Assembly: GCA_025454955.1 (NCBI GenBank) | Contig: JALONL010000019.1 | Location: forward strand, 46,570-110,569 | Reading direction: 5' to 3' | Length of the DNA stretch: 64,000 nt | Source: Bacteroidia bacterium | GTDB taxonomy: Bacteria > Bacteroidota > Bacteroidia > Palsa-965 | Part shown: in pieces, positions 46,019-54,971 of the stretch | How positions within the stretch are numbered: position 1 is the stretch's first letter | How the letters are laid out: every line of letters begins with the position of its first letter | Notes under the pieces: generated by a model | What the model saw: the letters and a program-made list of their open reading frames with translations, nothing else | Database searches by the model: none | Told to the model about the DNA's origin: nothing | Translations under genes and position numbers: made by a program

Positions 46019-46438
46019 CTAGAACCGCTCGAGTTGCGAAAAGAAAAAATTCCCTTCAATCCCCGCATTCTCATCGCTATCCGACCCATGAATAGCATTG
46101 GCCGCAATAGACTTCGCAAAACGGGCGCGGATAGTACCGGGCTCGGCTTTGGCGGGGTCGGTGGCGCCGATGAGGGTGCGGAAATCAGCCACGGCGTTGT
46201 CTTTTTCGAGTATGGCAGCCACAATGGGGCCCGATGACATATAGCTTACAAGTTCGCCGTAGAAGGGGCGTTCCTTGTGGATTTCGTAGAATTTGCCGGC
46301 CGCTTCGGGTGTGAGGCGGGTGTATTTCATGGCCACAATGCGGAAACCGGCTTCGTTAATCTGAGCCAGGATAGGGCCAATGTGGTTGTTGCCCACTGCA
46401 TCGGGCTTAATCATGGTGAATGTTTTGTTGCCTGCCAT
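46019..46438 (-). CDS. ndk: Nucleoside diphosphate kinase
   Basis: [13 protein letters not shown]...E..GF.I...K ... NAIHGSDS (active-site His). 139 aa from the internal ATG. Confidence 0.9.
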   Translation of the reverse strand: MAGNKTFTMIKPDAVGNNHIGPILAQINEAGFRIVAMKYTRLTPEAAGKFYEIHKERPFYGELVSYMSSGPIVAAILEKDNAVADFRTLIGATDPAKAEPGTIRARFAKSIAANAIHGSDSDENAGIEGNFFFSQLERF

Positions 46439-46540
46439 AGTTGTTTTTGTTGATGCCTTTTTCAAAAAGGCGTGCAAAGATAGTGGTTTTTGCTCGTTTC
46501 TACTGCTTTATCTGTTATTTTTACAGCCTAATTCCACCTT

Positions 46541-47557
46541 GTGAAGCCAGCCGAAAAAACCGCGCTCAAACGCCTGCTTGCCCAGCCGCAGCAAATTGTC
46601 ATTGTTACTCATTGGTCGCCCGATGGCGATGCCATTGGCTCTTCGCTGGGGCTGTGGCATTACCTGCGCAAAAAAGGGCACAAGGTAAACGTGATTACGC
46701 CCAACGATTATCCTGAGTTTCTGCACTGGATGCCGGGCCACAAACAGGTAACCGATGCCCAGCGCGACCCCGGCCGGGCCGCCCGCCTCATTGCCAGGGC
46801 CACATTGGTGTTTTGCCTCGATTTTAACGACCTCAAACGTATAAATGTGCTGGGCAAACTGGTGGGCGAAAGTCCCGCCCCCAAAGTGCTCATCGACCAC
46901 CACCCGCAGCCCGATGCCTTTGCCCGCTTCAGTTTGCACGAAGTGAAAGCCAGCTCCACGGCCGAATTGGTGTATGAATTTATGTCGCTCATGGGCGACC
47001 AGAAGCTGCTCGACAAACACATTGCCAACTGCCTCTACGTGGGCATAATGACCGATACCGGCTCGTTCCGCTTCCCGGCCACCACTGCCCGCACACATGC
47101 CGTGGTGCAGCACCTCATGGAAGCGGGTGCCGAAAACTCACTCAACCACAACCGCATTTACGACGACAACAGCGAAAGCCGCATACGCCTGCTGGGCTTC
47201 GCACTGAGCGAAAAATTAGTGGTGCTGCCCGAATTCCGCACCGCATTTTTTGCACTCAGCCACGACGAGCACGAACGCTTCCATTTCCAGAAAGGCGATA
47301 CCGAAGGACTGGTAAACTACGGCCTTACCATGCGCGGCATTGTGTTTGCAGCCTTTTTTGCCGAACGCGACGGCATTATTAAATGCTCGTTCCGCTCGAA
47401 AGGCAAGTTCGACGTAAATGCCTTTGCCCGCGAAAATTTCAGCGGGGGCGGACACGTAAACGCGGCGGGCGGTGCGTCACAACTTTCGTTAAACGAAACC
47501 GTTTCCAAATTCAGAAAGCTGCTTCCTGATTATCTTGCAGCATTGAACAAAGCCTGA
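46541..47557 (+). CDS. nrnA: DHH-family phosphoesterase NrnA (bifunctional oligoribonuclease/pAp phosphatase)
   Basis: DHH motifs (HWSPDGDAIGS, LIDHH) and a DHHA1 GGGH motif (FSGGGHVNAAG). Confidence 0.8.
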   Translation: MKPAEKTALKRLLAQPQQIVIVTHWSPDGDAIGSSLGLWHYLRKKGHKVNVITPNDYPEFLHWMPGHKQVTDAQRDPGRAARLIARATLVFCLDFNDLKRINVLGKLVGESPAPKVLIDHHPQPDAFARFSLHEVKASSTAELVYEFMSLMGDQKLLDKHIANCLYVGIMTDTGSFRFPATTARTHAVVQHLMEAGAENSLNHNRIYDDNSESRIRLLGFALSEKLVVLPEFRTAFFALSHDEHERFHFQKGDTEGLVNYGLTMRGIVFAAFFAERDGIIKCSFRSKGKFDVNAFARENFSGGGHVNAAGGASQLSLNETVSKFRKLLPDYLAALNKA

Positions 47558-47563
47558 GCCACC

Positions 47564-48103
47564 ATGCCGCGCATTTATGTGTTATTGTTTGCCGTTTCCG
47601 TGTTTGCCGCAGCCTGTGCCGACGACAAGCCCGCGCCGCGCAAACGTCCGCTTACCGAAAAGCAAATGCGCGACGGCTCGGTAAAAATGCACTCGTGGGA
47701 CCGGCAGCGCCAGGCCGACGAAATAGAACAATACATACGCCGTCAGGGCTGGCAAATGGAAACCACGGCCTCGGGCCTGCGCTGGATGCTGCTCAAAAAA
47801 GGCAGCGGCACACAACTGGCCAAACCCGGCGAAATTGCCAAAGTGTATTACACCATTAAACTCATGGACGGCACAGTGTGCTACACGTCGGACAAAGACG
47901 GCTCGCGCAGCTTTGTCATTGGCCGCGACGATGTGGAACCGGGCATACACGAAGGCGTACAACTCATGCACACCGGCGATAAAATGCGCTTTGTGCTGCC
48001 CTCGCACCTGGCCCACGGCCTCACCGGCGACAATGCCAAAATTCCGCCATTAGCCTCGCTCGTGTGCGAACTCGAACTGCTTAAAATCTCCCAGCCCGAA
48101 TAA
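47564..48103 (+). CDS. FKBP-type peptidyl-prolyl cis-trans isomerase lipoprotein (GldI-like candidate)
   Basis: Lipobox signal MPRIYVLLFAVSVFAAACADD. FKBP core: VYYTIKLMDGTVCYTSDKDG..F.IG...V.PG..EGVQLM..GDKMRFVLPSHLAHG...IPP.A.LV.ELELL. Confidence 0.8.
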   Translation: MPRIYVLLFAVSVFAAACADDKPAPRKRPLTEKQMRDGSVKMHSWDRQRQADEIEQYIRRQGWQMETTASGLRWMLLKKGSGTQLAKPGEIAKVYYTIKLMDGTVCYTSDKDGSRSFVIGRDDVEPGIHEGVQLMHTGDKMRFVLPSHLAHGLTGDNAKIPPLASLVCELELLKISQPE

Positions 48104-48933
48104 TGCGCATTTACATTCTCCCGCTCCTTTGCCTGGCCACCGTGCTCTTTCACGCGTGCGGCAGCGAATCATCAAAATTCCCCGGCTACAGCGAGGCCGG
48201 CAACGAAGTGTATTGGAAACTCATAGAACCCGGCGAGGCCGACCGCAAGCCCGGCGAAAATGACTACATCGAAGTACGGATGCGCAACAGCCTCAACGGC
48301 ACGGTGTTTTTCGATTCGGAACTGCAAAGCGTGCGCGGTACGGTGCTTATGCCTTTTGCCGGAAACAAACACTTCGCCATGCTGCACGAGGGCGACAGCG
48401 CCAGCATTTTGCTCCCCGGCGGCGATTTGCGTCTGCCCGGAATGCCCGATACCGGCATGATGCAGATGAACATACGCCTGGTACGAATACTCAACGAAGA
48501 AGAGTACAACAAACGCATGGCCCAAACCGACACCGATGCCGATGAACAGATACTCATTGCCCGCTACCTGAACCGCGAGAAAATTACCGCCCGAACCGAC
48601 AGTCTGGGCATGGTTTTCGTGCCCGTAACCGAGGGCAGCGGACGCAGCGCCACGGGCGCAAAAACAGTAACGGTGCGCTATACAGGCAGTTTCCTCAACG
48701 GAAGGGTGTTCGACAATAATGCCTCCGGCGAACAGGGCGTGGCCTTTGCCTGGGGTAGCGAGGGGCAATTAATTCCCGGATTAACTCTTGCTTTACGCCG
48801 GATGAAAACGGGCGGAAAAGCAAAAATAGTCCTACCTTCGGCGCTGGCTTTTGGGAATGGTGGTTCAAGCACCGGACTCATTCCGCCACATACGCCGGTG
48901 GTGTATGAACTCGAATTTTTATCTGCAGAATAA
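48103..48933 (+). CDS. FKBP-type peptidyl-prolyl isomerase lipoprotein
   Basis: Lipobox LLCLATVLFHACGS. C-terminal FKBP domain (VTVRYTGSFLNGRVFDNN...GLTLALRRMKTGGKAKIVLPSALAFGNGG..GLIPPHTPVVYELEFL). Confidence 0.8.
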   Translation: MRIYILPLLCLATVLFHACGSESSKFPGYSEAGNEVYWKLIEPGEADRKPGENDYIEVRMRNSLNGTVFFDSELQSVRGTVLMPFAGNKHFAMLHEGDSASILLPGGDLRLPGMPDTGMMQMNIRLVRILNEEEYNKRMAQTDTDADEQILIARYLNREKITARTDSLGMVFVPVTEGSGRSATGAKTVTVRYTGSFLNGRVFDNNASGEQGVAFAWGSEGQLIPGLTLALRRMKTGGKAKIVLPSALAFGNGGSSTGLIPPHTPVVYELEFLSAE

Positions 48934-48953
48934 ATAATTTCCTAATTCAATCA

Positions 48954-49910
48954 ATGAAAAATATCCTCTTTGCTGCGCTTGCCGCAGTGTCTGTGGCCGC
49001 AGTATCATGCAATGGCGGCGGTCCGTTTCCCGGATTCGAGAAACAAGCTCCTTCCACCTACATCAAGTTTCATAAAAAAGGCGAAGGATTAGATACCGCC
49101 GGACAAGGTGGCGTGGTTTTCCTCCAGCTCAGCCTCATTACTCCGCTTGATTCGCTGATTCAGGATTTTAACGCCGCACGCGGCGAAGGTTCAGTGTCGA
49201 TGCGTCTGGAACCGCCCCGCTTTAAAGGCGATTTCCTCGACGTGATTTCAAAAATGCACAAGGGCGACAGCGCCACCTTCTTTGTAAACCTCGATACCAT
49301 TAAAAAATATTTCCGCCGCGACCGCGACGAGTTTCCGCTTGAGCCGAAATACGATTCGCTCAAATTCATCGGTTTCCGTGTAAAGGTGGACAGCCTTTAT
49401 ACCAAAGCGGTAACCGAGAAGAAGATTAAGGAAATGCAGGAAAAACAGGAACGGCAAATGGCAGAAATGAAAAATGCCGAAGCCGGAAAAATTCAGGCAT
49501 ACCTTACCAAAAACAAACTCACCGACCTCAAGCCCGACGAAAAAGGCATTTACTTCAAAGTGCTCAAACCCGGCAACGGCAAGCAGGTAACAGCCGGTAT
49601 GGAAGTTTCGGCCCGCTACAAAGGCACATTTACCGACGGCACCCCGTTTGACGGCAATTTCGACCGTCCCGAGCCGATGCGTTTTACCGCAGGCAGCAAC
49701 ATGGTACCCGGCTTCACCGATTGCATTCTGCGCATGAAAGACGGCAGCCGTGTGCTGTTTATCCTGCCTTCGTCGCAGGCCTATGGCGAAATGGGCAATC
49801 AGGGCATTCCGCCTTACGAGCCGCTGGTGTTTGAAGTGGAAATCAAGATTGAAAATGCCAAACCGGCTCCGGCACCTCCCGCGGTTCCGATGCCCGGCGG
49901 CCGTAAATAA
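48954..49910 (+). CDS. FKBP-type peptidyl-prolyl isomerase (FkpA-like, lipoprotein signal)
   Basis: Signal AAVSVAAVSCNGG. N-terminal dimerisation-like domain plus a C-terminal FKBP domain (RYKGTFTDGTPFDGN...FTDCILRMKDGSRVLFILPSSQAYGEMG). Confidence 0.8.
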   Translation: MKNILFAALAAVSVAAVSCNGGGPFPGFEKQAPSTYIKFHKKGEGLDTAGQGGVVFLQLSLITPLDSLIQDFNAARGEGSVSMRLEPPRFKGDFLDVISKMHKGDSATFFVNLDTIKKYFRRDRDEFPLEPKYDSLKFIGFRVKVDSLYTKAVTEKKIKEMQEKQERQMAEMKNAEAGKIQAYLTKNKLTDLKPDEKGIYFKVLKPGNGKQVTAGMEVSARYKGTFTDGTPFDGNFDRPEPMRFTAGSNMVPGFTDCILRMKDGSRVLFILPSSQAYGEMGNQGIPPYEPLVFEVEIKIENAKPAPAPPAVPMPGGRK

Positions 49911-49929
49911 CATTTAAAGGTTTTTTGAG

Positions 49930-50886
49930 ATGAAACGTATTCCGGCGCTGTTTACTTTGGTTTTATTTGTGGCTCTCTCGCTGCTTAACTGGTCGTTTGC
50001 CGGTAAAGACAAGGGTAAACAGAGCCGGAAGTTTCTCAAAACCTATCAGCAGGTGGCACCCGCCACCTGGCTTAAAATGCACAAGGCCGGGCCCAGGGTC
50101 GATTCGGCCGGAATGGGCGGCGTGGCGTTTATGAAACTCAAACTCATCGACCACCGCGATTCGCTCGTAACCGATTTCAACGCCCAGCGCGGCGGCGGGC
50201 CGGTGGCCGTGCAGTTCGACAAGCCCCGTTTTAAAGGCGATTTTCTCGATATGCTTTCGCACCTCAACGTGGGCGACAGTGCCACTTTTTACATCGTGCT
50301 CGATTCCATTAAAAAGTATTACCGCTCGGCCGCCAGCAACGATTTTCCGCTCGATCCGAAAAACGATTCGCTCGAGTTTATCGGCTTCCGTGTGAAAATT
50401 GACAGCGTTTACACCAAGTCAATGGTAGAAATGAAAATGGCCGTCATGCAGCGCGAAAAGCAGGCACAGCAGCAGGCACTCATCGAAAAAAGCCGCCAGG
50501 AAGTACTCTGGTACCTCGCCGTAAACGAAATGAGCGACCTCAAGCCCGATTCGAAAGGCATTTACTACAAGGAACTGGTGCCCGGTACCGGTGCTCAGGT
50601 AACGCCCGGCACCAAAGTATCGGTGTGGTACCGGGGCATGCTTACCAACGGACTCATTTTCGATACCAATCTGGCCGGGCCGCAGCGTATGCCGATGGAA
50701 TTTATTGCCGGCCAGCAAATGATAACGGGCTTTACCGAGTGCATTCTGCGCATGAAAGACGGCGGTAAATCACTCTTCATCATTCCCCCCGAGCTGGCCT
50801 ACGGCGAGCAGCAAAACGGGGCCATTCCGCCCTACAGCGCATTGGTGTTTGTGGTGGAACTGAAAATTGTGGGCACAGGCAATTAA
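49930..50886 (+). CDS. FKBP-type peptidyl-prolyl isomerase (paralog of the preceding gene)
   Basis: Same architecture as 48954-49910 and collinear with it (KFKGDFLD..S....GDSATF.., LKPD.KGIYYK, FTECILRMKDGGKSLFIIPPELAYGE). Confidence 0.8.
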   Translation: MKRIPALFTLVLFVALSLLNWSFAGKDKGKQSRKFLKTYQQVAPATWLKMHKAGPRVDSAGMGGVAFMKLKLIDHRDSLVTDFNAQRGGGPVAVQFDKPRFKGDFLDMLSHLNVGDSATFYIVLDSIKKYYRSAASNDFPLDPKNDSLEFIGFRVKIDSVYTKSMVEMKMAVMQREKQAQQQALIEKSRQEVLWYLAVNEMSDLKPDSKGIYYKELVPGTGAQVTPGTKVSVWYRGMLTNGLIFDTNLAGPQRMPMEFIAGQQMITGFTECILRMKDGGKSLFIIPPELAYGEQQNGAIPPYSALVFVVELKIVGTGN

Positions 50887-50902
50887 GCCGCAGATACACG
50901 GC

Positions 50903-51853
50903 ATGAAACAAGGTGTGAAAATAATTTTGTTTGCTGCTGCCGCTATTACCACCGGTTTCTGGGCAGCCGGCGAACCACAAAAAGCCTTACCCGATTATTT
51001 GCAGGGATTTACCCCCATAAGCCCGAATACCTGGCTGCAGGTGGTACGCCCCGGAAACAGCACCGATTCCATACCGACCGGAAGCATGGTATTTGCCAGC
51101 CTGCGCGTGGTGGCTCCCGACGGGAAAACCATAATTGATTATCAGGCTGCAAACAACTACCAGTCGCTGCCGCTCAAATTTACCTTTGCACGCTTCCCCG
51201 GCGATTATGCCGATGTGCTGGCCAAATTGCATGACGGCGACAGTGCCCGCTTTTTCGTGCGCCTCGACACGCTCAAAAAATACAGCCGCAACCGCTTCCT
51301 CATTGACCCTGTGCCGCTGGCTGCCGTGTTTGACACGCTGGCTTTCATAGGCTTTCACATACGCATAGACAGCGTGTACACGCCCGCCTACATTGATAGT
51401 CTGCGCCGCGCCAACACACAAAAAAACGACCCGGCAGCCCTGCGCGAAAAAAGCCGCAAATCGATACAAACCTACCTCACCGACAACAACCTCACCGACC
51501 TCAAACCCGACCGCAACGGCATCTACTACAAGGAAATTTTACCCGGAAAAGGCCTTCGCGTAATGCCCGGCATGAAAGTTTCCGTACTTTACAAAGGAAC
51601 ATTTACCGATGGTCGCGTGTTTGATACCAACATAGGAAAACCCGGAGCCAAACCGCTGGTATTTGTGGCCGGAAGAGGCATGATTGCCGGTTTTACCGAT
51701 TGCATCCTGCGCATGAAAGACGGCGGAAAATCGTTCTTCATTCTCCCGCCCGAACAGGCTTACGGCGAAAAAGGAAACGGCAATATTCCGCCCTGGACAC
51801 CGCTGGTGTATGAAGCAGAACTGAAAATTATCGACTCCGGCACCGGAAACTGA
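50903..51853 (+). CDS. FKBP-type peptidyl-prolyl isomerase (paralog)
   Basis: Internal ATG start with signal MKQGVKIILFAAAAITTGFWAAG. FKBP domain: YKGTFTDGRVFDTN...FTDCILRMKDGGKSFFILPPEQAYGEKG. Confidence 0.8.
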   Translation: MKQGVKIILFAAAAITTGFWAAGEPQKALPDYLQGFTPISPNTWLQVVRPGNSTDSIPTGSMVFASLRVVAPDGKTIIDYQAANNYQSLPLKFTFARFPGDYADVLAKLHDGDSARFFVRLDTLKKYSRNRFLIDPVPLAAVFDTLAFIGFHIRIDSVYTPAYIDSLRRANTQKNDPAALREKSRKSIQTYLTDNNLTDLKPDRNGIYYKEILPGKGLRVMPGMKVSVLYKGTFTDGRVFDTNIGKPGAKPLVFVAGRGMIAGFTDCILRMKDGGKSFFILPPEQAYGEKGNGNIPPWTPLVYEAELKIIDSGTGN

Positions 51854-51880
51854 TTACGAATTCAATAACAATAACGAACA

Positions 51881-52732
51881 ATGAAAAAATTACTTGTTGG
51901 CTTTGTGAGCCTTATTCTGGTAGCCGGTGTGGCTGCCGGTGCTGCCTATGCCTTTCACGGCGATCATCCCGCAAAAGAACCCGAACGCAAATACAAAAGC
52001 AAGAAAGTACGCAAACCCAAAACGGTAAAAACCGCATCGGGTCTCGAATATACCATTACCGCCAAAGGCAACGGCCCGCAGGGCGCCAAAGGCTCGCGCA
52101 TTACGGTGCTTTACACCGGCAAACTCACCAACGATACGGTGTTTGACGCATCCTCGCGCCACGGCAATACGCCTTTTACCTTTAAAGCCGGCGCGGGCCG
52201 CGTAATTAAAGGCTGGGACGAAGCAGGCACATTGCTGCGTGCAGGCGATAAAGTAACCCTGCGCATTCCGCCCGAGCTTGGCTACGGCGCACAGCAACTG
52301 CCCAACATTCCCGCAAACAGCACCCTCATTTTCGAAATAGAAGTGCTCGACGTGCAGCCGCCGCCCACCATGCGCAGTGCCAAAGGAATGGACACTGTAA
52401 CCACCGCATCGGGCCTTAAACTGGTTTTCTTCGAAAAGCATCCCGAAAACAAACTTGCCCTGCAGGGCCAGCGCGTTAAGGTCGATTACAGCGGCTTTTT
52501 TACCGATGGAAATCTGTTCGATTCGTCTGTCGAAAACGGCACACCCATTCAGTTCATGCTTGGCAAAGGGCAGGTAATAAAAGGTTGGGAAGAAGGACTC
52601 ATGCTCATGCGCGTGGGCGAAAAGGCACAATTCATTATTCCGCCTGCGCTGGGCTATGGAAGTATGGCCCGCGGACCCATACCGGCAAACAGCACACTTA
52701 TTTTCGATGTGCACCTGATAAGTGCCGAATAA
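51881..52732 (+). CDS. Tandem-domain FKBP-type peptidyl-prolyl isomerase
   Basis: Signal peptide, then two complete FKBP domains (...VLYTGKLTNDTVFDAS...VIKGWDEAG...IPPELGYG and ...VDYSGFFTDGNLFDSS...VIKGWEEGL...IPPALGYG). Confidence 0.85.
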   Translation: MKKLLVGFVSLILVAGVAAGAAYAFHGDHPAKEPERKYKSKKVRKPKTVKTASGLEYTITAKGNGPQGAKGSRITVLYTGKLTNDTVFDASSRHGNTPFTFKAGAGRVIKGWDEAGTLLRAGDKVTLRIPPELGYGAQQLPNIPANSTLIFEIEVLDVQPPPTMRSAKGMDTVTTASGLKLVFFEKHPENKLALQGQRVKVDYSGFFTDGNLFDSSVENGTPIQFMLGKGQVIKGWEEGLMLMRVGEKAQFIIPPALGYGSMARGPIPANSTLIFDVHLISAE

Positions 52733-52814
52733 AAGCAGTGCAGCTATCCCGTAAAAACCGCGCCAGGGTTGAAACGGCCGTGTTAAAAAAGCTGTATATT
52801 TGGGCATTAGCTGA

Positions 52815-53384
52815 ATGATCCCCATTTGGCACTTGCGAGCGCCTATGCTTAATGAAGCCGAAGTTAGAGCCCTGCTTACCGACCCGATGACCGACTGGTT
52901 TTATCTTGGGCAGGTGAGTGATGGTTTTATAGATTCTTTTATCGGTCTGCTTGATGCCCGACCGCAATTCCGCAACCTTTCGCGTGCTGCCCGGCGGCGG
53001 TTGATGCAGTCGCTGGTGGAAGCCCTGCAAAACATCAGAAACTACACCCCCGAAAACCTAACCGGTTTTCCCGAAGCGGTTGTACTCATGCAGCGCCTTG
53101 GCGAAACCGACTGGATGCTGCGTTGCGGAAATGTAATGCTCAGCGAGAATGTGGATGAACTTCAGAAACGCCTTCATGTACTTTCAGACAGCGACAGTGA
53201 GCAACTGAAATCGCTCTACATGAACCAGATGAGCCTTACCCTGAACGACAGCAACAGGAAAAGCGCCGGGCTTGGCCTTATCGAAATGGCCCGCTCGTCG
53301 AGCGCACCGATCAAATACAAATTCGTCCCGCTCAATCAGCAATACACCTTTTTTGCAGTCGAATTGCAAATTTCCTTAGCCTGA
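52815..53384 (+). CDS. SiaB-like partner-switch protein kinase (GHKL/anti-sigma-factor-kinase-like)
   Basis: About 180 aa with a C-terminal G-box-like SAGLGLIEMARSS. It lies immediately upstream of, and 3 nt from, a DUF1987 gene, which is the SiaB-SiaC gene order. The true start may be the internal ATG at 52845. Confidence 0.55.
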   Translation: MIPIWHLRAPMLNEAEVRALLTDPMTDWFYLGQVSDGFIDSFIGLLDARPQFRNLSRAARRRLMQSLVEALQNIRNYTPENLTGFPEAVVLMQRLGETDWMLRCGNVMLSENVDELQKRLHVLSDSDSEQLKSLYMNQMSLTLNDSNRKSAGLGLIEMARSSSAPIKYKFVPLNQQYTFFAVELQISLA

Positions 53385-53387
53385 ACC

Positions 53388-53783
53388 ATGATTCCGCCAT
53401 TGCACATACCCGAGACCCGCAGCACACCCGAAATCCATTTCGATGCGGATAACGACATTTATCTCATCAGAGGCCGTTCCATTCCGCCCGATGCCTCTTC
53501 GTTCTTTTATCCGCTCGATAAATGGGTGGAAGCCTTAGCCGCCACCGGCTCGGCCAGGCCTGTAAACATCAGAATCAGGCTCGAGCATTTAAACACCGGC
53601 ACCATTCGTTCGTTGCTTACCATTTTCTCCAAACTCCTCCGCGTGCGCGAAAAAGGAACCCAGGTAAACTTCGAATGGTATTACAACGAAGAAGACGAAG
53701 ACCTGGTGGATAAAGGCGAAGAAATGTCGCTCATTCTCGATGTGCCTTTCCGCTACATCAGTTTCGCCGAAGGCGATTATTAA
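53388..53783 (+). CDS. DUF1987 (SiaC-like) phosphoprotein
   Basis: HIPETRSTPEIHFDADNDIYLIRGRSIPPDASSFFYPLDKWVEAL matches the DUF1987 N-terminal pattern (IpaT..TPeV.FD...g.l.i.GeS.PEda..FY.Pil.Wl). 131 aa. Confidence 0.65.
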   Translation: MIPPLHIPETRSTPEIHFDADNDIYLIRGRSIPPDASSFFYPLDKWVEALAATGSARPVNIRIRLEHLNTGTIRSLLTIFSKLLRVREKGTQVNFEWYYNEEDEDLVDKGEEMSLILDVPFRYISFAEGDY

Positions 53784-53802
53784 TTTTCTTATTGAATAAC
53801 AA

Positions 53803-53838
53803 GAGCGGCCGGAATTTATTCCGGCCGCTGCTGTTTAT
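53803..53838. terminator. Rho-independent terminator after the DUF1987 gene
   Basis: agcggccgg-aatttatt-ccggccgct followed by gctgtttatt. Confidence 0.65.
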
Positions 53839-53899
53839 TACGCTTCGCTTGCGTTAAACTGCATTCCCGAAAAAACGGGAAGCTGAATTTTGTGCCTGA

Positions 53900-54271
53900 T
53901 TAAGCCTGCTGTTTCTTCAGCTTATGCCAGAGGAAATACGAGGCAAACAGGAAGGCTATGGGCAGCAAAATAAAAATGATTCCGGCATTTAATTCCTGCG
54001 TAACCGCCGTTGAAATGGCAGCCGCAAGTAAATCGAAAAACAGTCCGGCGTATGCCCATTCCTTAATCCGGTTAAATTGGGGAATAAGAATGGCAACAGA
54101 ACCAACCGCTTTGGCAATTCCGATAAACACGATAAAATATTCGGGATACCCCAGCGCTACAATATACGTAACCGCTTCGGGCTCGAGCATAATATCGGGT
54201 ATGGCCGTAAACAGCATAAAAGCTGCAAAGAGCGAGGTAATGATCCAATAGGCAAGTCTGGTTTTTTTCAT
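53900..54271 (-). CDS. DoxX family membrane protein
   Basis: 123 aa with 4 TM helices and a DoxX-like pattern (LFAAFMLFTAIPDI...G.P.....GIAKAVGSVAIL). Confidence 0.65.
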   Translation of the reverse strand: MKKTRLAYWIITSLFAAFMLFTAIPDIMLEPEAVTYIVALGYPEYFIVFIGIAKAVGSVAILIPQFNRIKEWAYAGLFFDLLAAAISTAVTQELNAGIIFILLPIAFLFASYFLWHKLKKQQA

Positions 54272-54451
54272 GGGTGATTGAGTTTGGTTACTGCAAGTTA
54301 GTGACTGGTTGCGTTTTCCGGGTAATTTATTATCCGGTTTATATTGTATTTATCGGTAAAGCCCGCGAAATAGTTGTCCCGTAATCTGTTCTGATACAGC
54401 TATTTGCTTGCGCACTATAAATGTGAAAAAAAATGAAAACGGCTTAAAAGA

Positions 54452-54497
54452 GAAACTGCCACTGAGCCTGGGAGGCCGTGGCAGTTTCGATTTTTTG
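54452..54497. terminator. Strong hairpin plus T-run (possible bidirectional terminator) in an otherwise unannotated intergenic region
   Basis: gaaactgccac-N15-gtggcagtttc followed by gattttttg. An A-run precedes it. Confidence 0.6.
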
Positions 54498-54724
54498 CTG
54501 ATTTCCCCGCGTGGAAGCCCGGTTGAACCGGGGTGCGAAGGAGATCATCAAACACCTTAACCAGAATGATACAAACTTACACCTGCAAACTGCTCAAATC
54601 AAGCACCCTTTCACAAGCGGCAGGTTTAATTAGCAGGTGGGTATGATTAACGGATAAGTGGTAAAAGCGGTTTGGAAATGGCCCTGAAAGCCGCGTAAAC
54701 ACTGTTAATTAGTGTTAATTCAGG

Positions 54725-54955
54725 TTACTTTATTTCTTCGTAGTCCACATACTCGCCGTCGTCGTTGTTGCGGCCTTTTTGCGAAGCTTGCGGGGGCTGA
54801 ACCTTATCCTTATTGTGGTGGTGGTGATGTGTATTTTGCTGATAGTAATATTGCCCGCTGCTGGGCGCATTGCCCGCGCGCGAAGGACTTAGGATACGCC
54901 ACAATATCCAGCCCACGAGTATGGTATAAAAGAGTTCCTGCATGGATAAGTACAA
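54725..54955 (-). CDS. Small membrane protein (DUF4834-like; tentative)
   Basis: An N-terminal TM helix (LFYTILVGWILWRIL), a His/Gln-rich linker, and a C-terminal GEYVDYEEIK. About 70 aa. Confidence 0.4.
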   Translation of the reverse strand: MYLSMQELFYTILVGWILWRILSPSRAGNAPSSGQYYYQQNTHHHHHNKDKVQPPQASQKGRNNDDGEYVDYEEIK

Positions 54956-54971
54956 ATGTACCGCAAAACCT

